64,000 bases of DNA from Callorhinchus milii. Lineage: Eukaryota. The notes under the pieces are model-generated. The model ran no database searches. It worked only from the letters and a program-made list of their open reading frames with translations, and was not told where the DNA came from. Where the stretch lies: contig NW_024704742.1 in the NCBI RefSeq assembly GCF_018977255.1, positions 24,802,001-24,866,000 of the forward strand, in the 5' to 3' direction. A program made the position numbers and the translations under genes. Of the stretch, positions 13,984 through 27,132 are shown piece by piece (positions within the stretch are counted from its first letter, which is position 1; each line of letters opens with the position of its first letter).

Positions 13984-16335
13984 TACTGCCTCCCCCTGCT
14001 CCAGCCTGCGAATCCTCCGTCGGGCCCAAACACTCACCATCCAAGACCTCATCGTCGATGAAAACATCGACATTCTCGCTCCTCACTGAAACTTGGATCA
14101 CTCCAGGTGACACCTTCCCCCTGACGGAAGCCACACCATCCGGCTACACCTTCCATCATACCCCACAACTAAACCGCCGTGGTGGTGGTGTAGCTCTCAT
14201 CTCCCGGTCCCCGCTCGGGCTATCCCCTTACTCCTCTGGAACCTTCCCCTCCTTTGAGTACCTTACCCTTTATCACCCCTCCAACCTTTCCCTCAAAGTT
14301 CTTCTTATGTATCGTCCCCCCAAACCCTCCCCACCTTCATCACCGTCATCAGCGCTCCTGACTTAAATCAAACTTAACGGTCCATCGGCTGACCTGGCTG
14401 GACCATATCAAATCTTACTGCTCTGCTCTCGCCTCTGCTAAATCGTCGTTCTATTCCAAGACAATCTTGGAGCCCAAGGACAACCCCAGGCTCCTCTGCA
14501 CCATCACAAACCGGCTCCTCCACCCACCCTCTCATGCCTCACCCATCTTCACCTCAAATGCCAACTGTGAGGTGATGCTGGACTTCCTCGAATCCAACGT
14601 CAAGAGAATCCGGTCAGCTGTTTCTGCTATTCCATCTGCTACTCGCTCCCCATCTCCCCCTCCTACCCGGCCCCTACCCATCCCTCCCTCCACACCTTCG
14701 AACCTGTCTCCCCCTCCTCTTTCACCACTATAACCCGTATTGAACCAACTACCTGCTCCCTTGACCCCATCCCTACCCCTCTCCTTACCTCCCAGCTCCA
14801 CCTCCTTACATCGTCAACATCTCCCTGTCCTCTGGTACTGTCCCCACCCCATTAACAACATCCATCATCACTCCTATCCTTCAAAAACCCTCCCTGGACC
14901 CAACTCTACTCCCCAACTACCGACTCATCTCTAACCTCCCTTTCCTCTCCAAGCTCCTGGAACGAGTTGTTGCTTTTCAGCTTCGCTCTTTCCTCTCCCG
15001 CCACTCCCTTCACAAGCCCATCCAATCAGGTTTCCACGCCACCAACAGCACTGGTCAAAGTGACAAATGACATTCTGTCCATTTGCAACCAGGGCTCCCT
15101 CTGCCTTCTCATTCTCTTTGACCTCTCTGCTTCCTTCGACACCGTCGACCACTCTATCCTCATCCACCGCCTCTCTTCTCATCTCAATATTCACGGCTCT
15201 GTCCTTGACTGGTTCAGATCGTACCTTTCACACCGCCTCCACTTCATCTCCGCAAATGGCTTCTCCTCTAGTCCCCCATCGTCTCATGTGGCATTCCTCA
15301 GTGCTCTGTCCTTGGTCCCCTCCTCTTCAATATCTATATGCTCCCTCTTGGTGACATCATACTCAGACATGGGGTCTTCCATATGTAAGCGGATGACACC
15401 CAACTATTCCTCTCTGCCTCCACCCTTGACTCCAGGACCACTGTCCTGACAGAATGTCTGTCGGACAACAAGATCTGGATGAGAGCTAACTTTCTTCAGT
15501 TGAACATCAACAAGACCGAAGCTCCCCTGATTGGCTCTCGTCAGCGCCTCCTCACCTCAGGCGCTGACATTATCACACTCCATGGTTGCACACTCCACCT
15601 TACTAAGCCAGTCCAGAACCTTGTGTTTGACCCTCAACTATCCTTTCTACCCCACATCTGTGCCATGACCCGCTCTGCCTTCCCCCACCTCCGCAACATC
15701 GCCCGGCTCCGCCACTATCTCATACCTCAGGCCACCGAAACCCTCATAAATGCTTTCATTAAATCGAAGCTTGACTATGCAAACTCATTGCTTGCCGGCC
15801 TCCCCAACTCCTACCTCCATAGGTTGCAGATCATCCAAAACTCTGCAGCCCACATCCTCTCCTGCACTAGGCTCCGTGACCCTATCACCCCCATCCTCGC
15901 CCAACTCCACTGGCTTCCCATCACACAGAGGATACTATTCAAGATCCTGTTTTGCACCTTCAAAGCCCTCCATGGTCTTGCTCCCTCCTATCCCTGCAAT
16001 CCCCTTACCCCCTACCATCCTGCCCGCTCCCTCCACTCAGCGGACTGCCACCTGTTTCGCGTCCCCTGACTCACTCACCCCACTATTGGCAGGCGGGCCT
16101 TCTGCCACTCTGGCTCCACCATCTGGAACTCCATCCCGCAGTCCCTCCGCCTTGCCCCCTCAAGACCCATCTCAAGACCCTCCTCTTCAACCATGCTTTC
16201 GATCAACATGCTTTCCCCCTGCCCCCCACTCTCCCCGATCACGACCCCCAGCTCGGGTCCAAACCTGACTGTCCAGCACCTTGGGACGTCCTCCTGACAT
16301 GAAAGGCGCTATACAAATGTAATTTTGTTGCTGTT
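13984..16335 (+). mobile_element. Degenerate L2-clade LINE (APE endonuclease, reverse transcriptase and C-terminal fragments)
   Basis: LTETW...RRGGGVALI (endonuclease), DLSASFDTVDH (RT), NFLQLNINKTE...LHWLPI; frameshifted; 3' tail gggacgtcctcc...(ttg)n. Confidence 0.9.
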
Positions 16336-17179
16336 GTATATTCTTTTTAAGAAGATCAAGAGTCGAGTTGACATGAAATGCAATTATATCATCCCTAGCA
16401 TTTCATTTTTGATTCATTTACAACTACTGGAATAATTTACAGCTCTATCAGGTGAAGTGGAGAGTTAGAAAACAAAGTGTGCTCAAGCAAACCAGTGTGT
16501 CCTATTGCAAATAGCATTTCCTATTGCTCTGCCACCCGATTGCGAGTATAGAACATTGACCTTCACTGTTTTGAACAGACAAACTACTGCTAAAATAGGA
16601 AGACAATATTGACTGATGGTGATCTCCATTGCTTCTTCAGGAACAAAGAAGGGTTTTCGAGACTTATTTTAACTTCTTTAGCTCTACTTTTTAATTGTTA
16701 TTGAAGCGACGGTACTGGGATCATACTCATGGAGTGAGATGCACAAAAATGCCATGCTTTGAATCTGGAAGGGAGTGACCTTTTCCCCATTCACACACTT
16801 GTGCATGGCTTTGAGATCTGTGGAGATTCTGTTTGCACAAAGAGCTCTATTTAATGTGCAGTGCACTGGCCCGGAGTGCCACAGATGCAAAACCCATTTG
16901 AGTATTTAGCAGGGAGATAAATTTGAAGAGTGGATATTTAAGCGATATGGAGAAAAGAGCAGGGCAATTGGATTGAAAGGATAAATACCTGCCGCTGGCT
17001 AATAAAGATGGTAGAGCAAGCTCATTGTGTCAACTGGATTACACATTTCCATTGGTTCCTCATCTCATAACAACATTTACATTTGATGTCTTATCAGATT
17101 GAAACGCATCTGAGAGATTTTAACACAACAGCGTGCATATATATTACACCCTTCACGCATTTCATGGCAATGATGTGCG

Positions 17180-17780
17180 AGTGTGTGGGGGCGGGGGGGG
17201 GCTATGGTGGGCTGTGTGGGGGGGGGTGATGGGGGTGTGTCTGGGGGGGGGGGTGATGGGGGGGAGTGGGGGGCTATGGTGGACTGTGTGTATGTGTGGG
17301 TGGGGGGGGGCTGCTGGGTGTGTGTGTGTGGGGGGGATGATGGGTGTGTGTGTGTGTGTCGGGGGTGATGGGGGGCTATGGTGGGCTGTGTGTGTGTGGG
17401 GGGGGTGATGGGGGGCTATGGTGGGCTGTGTGTGTGTGTGTGGGGGGGGTGATGTGTGTGTGGGGGGGGGTGATGGGTGTGTGTGTGTGTGTGGGGAGGG
17501 GGGGATGATGGGGGGCTATGGTGGGCTGTGTGTGTGTGTGGGGGGGGTGATGGGTGTGTGTGTGTGTGGGGAGGGGGGGGTGATGGGGGGCTATGGTGGG
17601 CTGTGTGTGTGTGGGGGGGGAGGGTGATGGCTGTGTGTGTGTGTGGGGGGGGGGGGTGATGGGGGGCTATGGTGGGCTGTGTGTGTGTGTGCGTGTATGG
17701 GGGTGATGGCTGTGTGTGTGTGGGGGGGGGATGATGGGGGCTATGTGTGTGTGCGTGTGGGGGGGGATGATGGGGGGCTA

Positions 17781-17812
<32 letters not shown>

Positions 17813-18126
17813 AGATGGCTGTGTGTGTGTGTGTGGGGGGGGTGATGGGGGGCTATGTGTGTGTGTGTGTGATGGCTGTGTGTGTGTGGGGGGGGGGTGA
17901 TGGGGGGCTATGTGTGTGTGTGTGTGATGGCTGTGTGTGTGTGTGGGGGGGGTCTATGTGTGTGTGTGTGTGATGGCTGTGTGTGTGTGTGTGTGCGTGT
18001 GGGGGGGGTGATGGGGGCTATGTATGTGTGTGTGTGCGTGTGTGGGGGTGATGGCTGTGTGTGTGTGGGGGGGGGGGAATGATGGGGGGCTATGTGTGTG
18101 TGCGTGTGGGGGGGTGATGGGGGCTA

Positions 18127-18158
<32 letters not shown>

Positions 18159-18275
18159 AGATGGTTGTGTGTGTGTGTGCGTGTATGGGGGTGATGGCTG
18201 TGTGTGTGTGTGTGTGTGTGTGTGGGGGGGGGGGGGGGTGATGGGGGTGATGGGGGGCTATGTGTGTGTGTGTGA
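17180..18275. repeat. Compound (GT)n/(G)n minisatellite at the start of DCHS2 intron 1
   Basis: Many variants of tgatggggggctat(ggtgggct)(gt)n(g)n over about 1.1 kb. Confidence 0.95.
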
Positions 18276-18285
18276 CCTGCCTTAC

Positions 18286-20499
18286 CTGCAGGACGCTGGT
18301 ACCGGGTGGGACGCGCTCCCGCACGGACGCGCTGTACACCTGCCGCTCGAAGATCGGCTCGTTGTCGTTCACGTCGTCCACCAGGAGCAGGACGGAGGCG
18401 GTGGACGACAGGGGCGGCTCCCCCAGGTCCCTGGCCTCCACCACCAGGAGGAACGCCGCCTGCCTCTCCCGGTCCAGGCACAGCCGGGGGTCCGCCGCCA
18501 AGATGTCGCCGCTCTCCGGGTGCACCCGGAAGTAACCCCCGCCCGCTCGCACCGCCCCGCAGTGCGCATGCTCCTCGCCCCCGCTCGCCACGTGCTCCTC
18601 ACGGCCGCTCTGCGCGTGCTCGTCGCTCCCGCGCCGCGCATGCGCCCCAATCCCGCCCTGAGTCACCCGCCGGCGCCGGCTCCCGCTTTGCGCACGCGCC
18701 TCACCCCCCCTCGCGACGACCCGCCGGCTCCCGCTTTGCGCATGCGCCTCACCCCCACTCGGGACGACCCGCCGGCTCCCGCTTTGCGCATGCGCTTCAC
18801 CCCCACCCGGTGCGGCCCGTTGGCTCCCGCTTTGCGCACGCGCCTCACCCCCACCCGGTGCGGCCCGTTGGCTCCCGCCGCGCGCGCGCACCTCGCCGCC
18901 GGCCGCCGCCGCCGCCTCGCTCAGCACGCGGTAGCGCACGGCTCCGTTGCGCCCGCTGTCGGGGTCGAGGGCCCGCACGCGAGCCAGGGCCCTGCCCCCC
19001 AGCGGCACCCCCTCGGCGGTTCGCGCGCGGTACAGGTGCCCGCGAGGGAAGGCCGGCGCGTGGTCGTTGAGGTCGGAGAGCCGCAGGCGCAGCGGCAGGC
19101 GGCCGGCGAGGGGCGGCGAGCCCCGGTCGCGGGCCGTCAGCACGAGCCGATGGACCTCGCGCTCCTCGCGGTCCAGGGCGCCGCTCACACACAGCAGGTA
19201 AACCGACTCAGCCACGCGCCGCAGCGAGAACCGTCCGCCGCCGCCGCCGCCGCCATCTTCCTCCTCGTCTCGCAGAGTCACCAGGAGCCGCCCGTTGTCT
19301 CCCAGGTCGGGGTCCGTCGCCGAGATCCTGGCCACCGGCTCGCCCGGCGCCGCCCCCTCCGACACCAGCGCCCGGCCGCTCGGGCCCAGGTACATGACGC
19401 TGAGGCTCGGCGCGTTGTCGTTCACGTCGAGGAGCCGCAGCGACACAAAGGCGGCGGCGGCGGCGGCGGCCGCGGCCTCGGGCGGCGAGTCGCGCTCCAC
19501 CGCCCGCACCACCAGCCGGTGGACGCCGCGCCGCTCCCGGTCCAGCGGTCCGCTCACGCTGATCACGCCGCTCTCGGCGTCGATGGAGAAGGGCGGGCCG
19601 GGGGCCTGGCCGGCGCCGCCGCCGCCGCCGTCGCGGTCGATCCGGTAGGTGAGCAGCCCGTTGCTCCCCTGGTCCGGGTCGCTGGCGTGTACCTGCAGCA
19701 CCCTGGTGCCCGGGGCGGCGTCTTCCCGCACCCAGGCCTCGTACTCGGTCTGCCCGAACCTCGGCGGGTTGTCGTCGGCGTCCAGCACCTGGATGTCCAA
19801 TCGCGCGGTCGCCGTTCTCCGGGGAGTGCCGCCGTCGAAGGCCTCGATGGTGAGGGAGTAAGAGTCCACGGTCTCGCGGTCCAGGGGCTGCAGCAGCACC
19901 AGGTCCAAGCCCAGGCCGCTCGCTCCCCTCCTGGACTGAAGCTGGAAGGTGCCCGGGTTTCCCCCGGTGATCAGGTAGCCCTGGGTGCCGAACTCACCCG
20001 CGTCCGGGTCCCGGGCTCCGTCCAGCCGGAATGCGACCCCGACCGGGGTCTGCTCTGAAATGTTGAGCCGGATCGTGCCCCCGGGGAAGACCGGGGCGTG
20101 ATCGTTCACGTCCTTCACCCGCACCCGCACCCGGACCACGTGGCCGGTCGGAGTCACGGCCACGAACGCGTACCGCTCCGTGGTCTCCCGGTCGAGCACC
20201 TTCGCCGTCTTTATTATCCCCGTCGCCGCATCGATGTGCAGGTCGCGGAAGACGAGAGATTCGTGGCTTTCCGAGATAAAGTACCCGCTGCTCGGCGTCC
20301 CCTCGGGCAGTCCGGCGCTGATGTCTCCCACGAGGGTTTCTGGCGGCTGCCCCTCGTCCACAGACAGACTTAAATCGTACGCTTGACCGGTCTGAGAAGT
20401 CCCGAACAGCACCACCATTTGGAAGAGTAATTTTGCGAAGTCGTACCTTTGCTGGTGGAAGCAGCAGCGAAAGTGCGCTGCCATGTTCTGTTGGTCCAT
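18286..20499 (-). CDS. DCHS2: Dachsous-2 protocadherin, coding exon 1 (signal peptide, cadherin repeats EC1-EC5, start of EC6)
   Basis: ATG at 20499, 738 codons, donor CAG|GTAAG at 18286/18285. Repeated cadherin motifs (LDRE, DxD, DVNDH/DVNDN). Adjacent to PLRG1 as in other vertebrates. Confidence 0.93.
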
Positions 20500-21010
20500 C
20501 AGAAACGTACCCTTTTATATTCGCGAAATGAACTCCACTGGACTCGAGGAGATTAGAGAGTGTGCCAGTTTCTCTGCGTCTATACGTCTCCAGTACCAAG
20601 TGTTAAGAAATCGACGCACACGGTGCTAAAGTGGCCGTGGTGCAGAGTGTACCTGTGTAAAAAAACCCCGTCGTCTTGTCCTGCCCCCAGTGAACTTGAC
20701 AAGCGTTATGAAAGTCCATTGCCGGTGTGCGCGCCCGGGCTCCTCTTCCGCGCAAATCCCTTCTCGCCCTTCGTGGACCTTTGGTGATTTTTGCGCCGTA
20801 AAAGCGGAGACTTCCCGGTCACCCGAAAGTGCGTGTTAGCCGAGGGTGATCGGTGCGGAATACTGGACCGCTCGCCACCGACCCTCTCTCCGCAACCAAC
20901 TCGCCGCACCCGCTCCCCTCCCGTCTCTATCTCACTGCGGGTGACGCACACCCACCGCCATGAACTCCGGCTGTCAAGAGGGAAAACATGCAGATCGCCA
21001 CTGCACCGCT
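18290..21010. promoter_or_regulatory. CpG island over the DCHS2 promoter and exon 1
   Basis: Very high GC and CpG density against an AT-rich background. Confidence 0.85.
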
Positions 21011-22657
21011 TCTGTGAGGTCCAGTACTTAATCTGTACGAGACGGGTTAATCTCGGTTAATACTTCTGATTAGTTACCCTGACATGGCAGACATGCACTC
21101 ACTTACACAAGGAGGCATTACGCAAAATACACAGTCACACCACTCTGCAGCATATTCGAAGTGCTTCGGAACAGCTCAACACATGATAAGGCGCTGTGCC
21201 AAATACAGGCACCATTACTGATGTGCAGGTAGCTGAAGTTAGCTGGATTTGGACGGGCGGGATAGGCTTGTTTTAGTTTGTGTTAACATTTACAGATCGT
21301 GGGTGCCTTTAAGCTGAGTTGCTGGTAGCTGTCCCTTATCTATACTCAAATTATACGATAAGATTGAGTTTGCCTATGCCCAGTAGTGTTTTTAGCAGAA
21401 ATATGTGAGTTTACCATTCTAACATTTAAAGCAAGTTAACGTTTCTGAAATATGTTTCGCAAATGGCAGTGCATCTCTTAAATCGTAATTTGCTAATTAG
21501 AATTATCCTGTCAGCTATTTTGATCTTCCCTTCTATTGTAACAGTATCACGCTTTCATGAGTTTAAACGGAGGCAGGATCATGAATATGCTGTAGCTTCC
21601 TATGTATCAAAGAACAAACTTCTAATGAGGTCAAAACACCTGTCTTCCCCTCAGTGCATATTTTAAGATGTAGAAGAAAACAGGCAAGGAAAAACAACAC
21701 CCATCAAAAGGTATCAGGTTAAGACAAAATACCTGCTCCGCTGTCAGACCTGGTGTGGTGGAAGCTTGTCCAGTCACTGTTAAAATTTATGTATGTGTGG
21801 TTTAAATAATAAATATATAATTTCTGGAGGTGTGAATTGGTCAGGAATTATTTATTATTTTGCTTGAATATGAAAACAAAATGATAATGTAAGTAGGGAT
21901 TTAAATCATTTTCATTGAGCAATAGTTTCAAGAGGAAATATTTAATTCACAAATCAATAAATAACATGTCAGAAACTTGTCAGGACGTCCAATACATTAG
22001 ACGTTGAATCTATTTTCTGTTGGAAATAGATATATCCCGGAGACCCTCTTCTTCACCCCCTTCCCCCCTTAGGTCAACATTGAAGGACATTGAATGTCAG
22101 AATGAAAATATCTCCAAGCAAAGTCAAACTACAATCTCCAGAGAAATCAGACAAAGCATGAATAAGAGCTCCATGCAATTTCAAAATAAAATCCCAAAAA
22201 AATGAAATTTCTTTTTGAGAAAAATATCCTTGCTTCAAAATCCAGGTTGTGAAATGGACAATGCTCTGCCAGCTTTAATCTTTGAGTTTCAATTTATTTC
22301 TGTTGCATAGGATGTCAAGCATAGGACCAGTAAGTCTATACCCAACATATATTGAAGAATATTAAGCACCCCCTGGAATTTAAAAAAGGACTTTGTTTAA
22401 TAATAATCACTGCATTTGATAGAGAGCCTTATCACATCTTTGAGACGTCTCAAAACGCTTCACAGAATATATTGTAAAGTGAATGGACTATATTTTGTTC
22501 GCGAACCATGGCAGCCAATAGCACACAGCAGTGCCCCACAAGCAGTAGTGAACCAAGTCACCAAATTATTATTAATTTTATTTTTTTGGAGGGATTATTA
22601 TCCCCGGAAAAGCAATCTGTCAATTGACTTAACAACTGGGTTCTTACTTACTGCTAG

Positions 22658-22966
22658 ATAATAATAATAATCCTTACATTTGATATAGTGCTTTTCACAT
22701 CTTCGAGACATCTTAAAGCACTTCACAGAATATACTGTAAAGTGAATTGACTGTACATTTGTGGGTGAAACGCGGCAGCCAATTGTGCACAGCAGTGTCC
22801 CACAAACAGTTGTGAATTGAGTGACCAATTTTTTTTTGTTTTCTTGAGGGATTATCATCAGGCATGTGGAGTAAGGAAACTTGCCCAAGGTTTCGCCCTG
22901 CTGGGAATCGAACCCAGGTCTCTCGCTTGCAAGGCAAGTGCTGAAACCACTGAGCTACAGGACTCC
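22658..22966 (-). mobile_element. tRNA-derived SINE
   Basis: Same head, body and tail as the family. Confidence 0.85.
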
Positions 22967-23100
22967 AGGTTTAAGTAAAATCTGTAGTCATTCTAAGATT
23001 TTCAACTCTGTCTGAGCTGATTTGAGGTAAATAGAGGCATGTGGAGTAAAGACACTTGCCCAGTTTGGGAATCGAACCCAGGTCCTCTCGCTTGCGAGGC

Positions 23101-23907
23101 ACTGACAGCATCAGCATCCAAGGCTGCACTCTCCACCTCTCAAAGCCAATCAGGAACCTCGGGGTTCTGTTCAACCCTGAGCTGTCCTTTCTTCCTCATA
23201 TCCGCGCCACAACTGGCACTGCCTTCCATCATCTCCGAAACATCGCCAGACTACGGCACTACCTCACCCCTCACGCTGCTGAAACTCTGATCCACGCCTT
23301 TATCACCTGAAGGCTGGACTATGGGAACTCTCTCCTCGTCGGCCTTCCCGGCTCCTCCCTCCACAAGCTGCAGGTCATTCAGAACTCTGCAGCTCGTGTA
23401 CTGTCCCGCACCAGGCTTCGGGACCACATCACTCCCACCCTCGCTCGCCTCCACTGGCTCCCCATCCCCCAGAGGATCGATTTCAAGATCCTCATCCTCA
23501 CCTACAAGGCCATTCACGGCCTTGCTCCCTCCTACCTCTCCGACCTACTATCCCCCTACCTACCTGCCCATACCCTCCGTTCCTCTGGCTCCGGTCTGCT
23601 CTACATCCCCCGCCCCAACCGCCCTACCATCGGTGGCCGGGCCTTCAGCCTCTCAGCCCGAGGCTCTGGAACTCCATCCCCAGTGCCTTCGCCGCCTCCT
23701 CCCTTTCCTCCTTCAAGGCCGGTCTCAAGACCTTTCTCTTTGACGTGCCTTCAGCTCCCCTCTCGACTCTCTACCCCCTCCTCGCTCCCTCCCTTCCCTC
23801 CCCTCACCCTGACCATTTCCCCCCAAGGCTCGGGTCCCGACCCAACTGTCCAGCGCCTTGGGACATCCTCCCAACGTGAAAGGCGCTCTATAAATGCAAT
23901 CTTGTTG
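23101..23907 (+). mobile_element. 5'-truncated L2 LINE inserted into a SINE head
   Basis: RNLGVLFNPELSF...HLRNIARLRHYL; same 3' tail as the other L2 copies. Confidence 0.88.
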
Positions 23908-25335
23908 AGTGCTCTAATCACTAAGCTGCAGGACTCCAGGTTTAAGTAAAGTCTGTAGTCATTCTAAGCCTTTCAACCGTCTGAGCTGATCTGACAAGGC
24001 AAACTACTGCTTTGCTTGAAAAAATGAGAATCTGTAGAAAAGGCCAGTCTTTTTTTTGCGGTTCACAATAGTGAAGCAAGATTAAAATAAAATCTAAACT
24101 TTTGGTGCATATTGTAACATTACCTTTTCAGATTTCAGTAATGTCATTTGTGGCACTTTCAATGTGCAAAATAATAATGTGGGCAATACCTAAGAATACA
24201 TTTTCAGGCATGCAAACGTCAAGGCTGATAAGAGAAACAAGTTTTAAATTTTGGGAGGGGTAGAAGAACCTTTGCTGGTCTTTTACAAGTGCTGACAGTT
24301 CTGAAAAAATTGTTTTAAGAGATGGTCATTCACTTTATGAGGAAATCCGTTGGGAGTGGGAAAAGCTTATTTGAAGCTTCAACATTAAATCCACTCGTTC
24401 CAAGATATCAAGCACTTCAATATCAGAATCATTATAGGGAAGTTTATGATAAATTAGAGAAACATGTAGTACAGTATATGGAAATACAGTATTTTAGGGT
24501 AGTTTATTGATTACCAATAAAAGGCTATGAAAATTATACTGTTCCATCCACATTAAAATCAACATCTCAAAACAATGAGGTTAGAAAACTGACAGGCATA
24601 TTTCGATAGTTATTCAATTACAATCATTCAATTGTTCATTTAAGTGAAACAAGTCATCGCAGATAGAACTAAAATACAATTTCAGTAGGTATTTGCTGTA
24701 TTGGGGTATAAAAAGGGGAGGCTTTTAAGATCATTCACACATTGTGAATGCAAAGATACGTAATAGGTTAAACCCCTTGACTAAGCAGTGTAGCCACAAA
24801 TTCTAGATAACAAATGGATTAAGCAAAAACTTTAAATAGAAATTTATGAATATGAAATACACAATTTTTGTACAGAAATGTTTATTATAGGAAAACAATT
24901 TACAACAGCATTGCTATGATGAGTTAAAAACATAATTTGACAATGTTTCTCGTGGCTTGTACAGTAATCTATTGGTCAGAGACAAATTGTAACAATTGAC
25001 TTTGTGCAGCCCATTGATGTGGATTGGTAGGATGCTGGTTTGCACCTTCAATTTCCCACATGGCAGGACACCAATATTTGCTGCGATATCATGGAATATG
25101 TTGAGATGACAGGCATTTTACTAATAAATGGGAGGGGGAATAAAAAAATGGAGAACTTTCACATCTAGCAACTAACTGGTCACATATTGTCAAGTTCTGG
25201 GAAGCAGTCCAAGTCCACTTTTGTGTAAAGGAATAGTTGGGGAAGAAATCGGGAGCAGGGGAGGAAAAAAAAGAGCCTTATGAAAACAAACAAAAAAAAC
25301 AAATGCAACATAACTATTTTTAATGTCAGAGTAAT

Positions 25336-25395
25336 TTAGAATCTCTTCCTTTTGATGATCTCTGGCTTCCAATTGACTGGGTGAGTTTCTTCCGT
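25336..25395 (-). CDS. PLRG1: PLRG1 exon 15 (last coding exon)
   Basis: [22 protein letters not shown], the conserved C-terminus. Candidate AATAAA on the minus strand at 24881-24886. Confidence 0.95.
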   Translation of the reverse strand, partial: [19 protein letters not shown]

Positions 25396-26539
25396 CTGCA
25401 GGAAACATGGCAGAAGTCAGTTTCAAATCAGCAAAGAATCATAAATCAAAACAGTTTTAAAAATGTTTAGAGCTCTTTTTCAAAACAAACACTAAACTTG
25501 ATCAAAAGAAATAGTCACAACCCGCATAACAGTTCAAGAATATGTGCATTTCACCCATTTATGTCTGATACTGAGCAGGCTCCGGAGCAAATTGGAGCAA
25601 AAACTTATATGAACTTGACTAGTGATATTACGACAAAAACTACCACAAATGTAAACGGCATATTCTGGATTGCTTGGTGCACGGTGTTGCACACTGCTTG
25701 GTCTTCAAGAATCAAGTAACTTAATTTTAAACTTTTAAAATAGGACATATATTTGAAGAATGTTTCTGCCAATTCATATATTTTACCTCCCAGTCAACAG
25801 TAAATGAGGAAATCATCTGCCACCGATAAGTTTCAGCTCTCGATTTGGTGTTAAGAAATGCACTGAAGCAACCACATTAAACATTTCTGCCAGAGTTATA
25901 ACTTGCCTTCAGTCTTTAGTTTGCTAATTTCTCCCCACAGCATTGAAAGGCGAGGGTGGGAATTTAGACAAACCATACCTTATATTATTAATCGAATATT
26001 GAACGAAATGTTATTTCTCCTTTTCTGCAAATTACATTGTGTGAACAGAAAGCCTAGTATCTACAATATCAGCCAAGTTCGGATGCCTCGGTTTCTGATT
26101 CTGAAGGTTGTGGGTTCAAGCTTCAGGTCCGGACTTTGAGGTTGTTGCACCAATGTAGTGCTGGAGGTTTGGGGGCGCTGAAGTTACTCTTCAGCTGCTT
26201 GTGGGACATAGCTGCGTGCAAATTGGCTGCTATTTTTGCCTGTAAATAGTCTACACTTCACCGAAAAAAAATGAAGTGCTTTGAGATATTTCAAGGTGAT
26301 AAAACACAAAATCAAAGGCAAGTTTTTTATTATTATTGATATACTATCCACACAACTGAAATTGAAGTACACAGAATGTTGAGGAAAGGCCCACTACAGA
26401 CAAATCTGTGCTTTTAGTTTTAATTTAATTAATTATATACCTTTTAATCACAAATATCACTTATGTTTGATCATCTTTAAAATTAAGGTTTCTTTGCAGA
26501 TTAGAGGAACTGTGGAAGCCACGCAAGTAACATACTTAC

Positions 26540-26733
26540 AGCAGTGTCATCTTCTCTGTAGACTTTGATTGTTTTATCAGCCTCTGCGGTTAGCAATCTG
26601 CTCTCCGACTGGTCAAAGGTACAAGCGAATATTCCAGATTCACTGTCTAAAGAGCCTGGCTGAACAGCAGCATGTATTCGCTGATAGTTGTATCCAGTTC
26701 GCCAATCCCACAGATGCATGGTACCATTATCAG
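26540..26733 (-). CDS. PLRG1: PLRG1 exon 14 (WD40)
   Basis: [65 protein letters not shown]. Confidence 0.96.
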
Positions 26734-27132
26734 CTGTTAATAAAGTAGTCGTGTGAGGACTGATATACATCACTGATTTAACGCAAATATTAAAAATAAC
26801 ACATGCAGAAGTACCCCAACTTATTTAAAATGTAATATGACTAGAAAGATATTGAAAAAACAATTGCATGTGTGGAAAAGATGAGCATGGTACTGAAAGT
26901 GCACCCACACATTCAGATGTACTAAATTTAATTCAATTTAGGTGTACTACATTTTAGTTTGATTTATATTTCTGATACAGAACACAAGCAAAAGCTACAT
27001 TAACCATTACATCCCACCTGTTGTATCTGAATTTTGTGTTATATTTTGAATACTTAAAAAATGGGTTATCTAAGCGCTAAGCATATTCTCTGTTCACTAT
27101 CTCCTCTCCCATCTATCTCACAAGCAGCTTAC

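Noticed and set aside
17133..18082. Cys/Val/Gly-rich ORFs
   Set aside because: Translations of the GT/G minisatellite.
18130..20058. 642-aa plus-strand ORF and other ORFs overlapping DCHS2 exon 1
   Set aside because: Antisense or shifted-frame shadows of a very GC-rich exon with few stop codons; no domain motifs.
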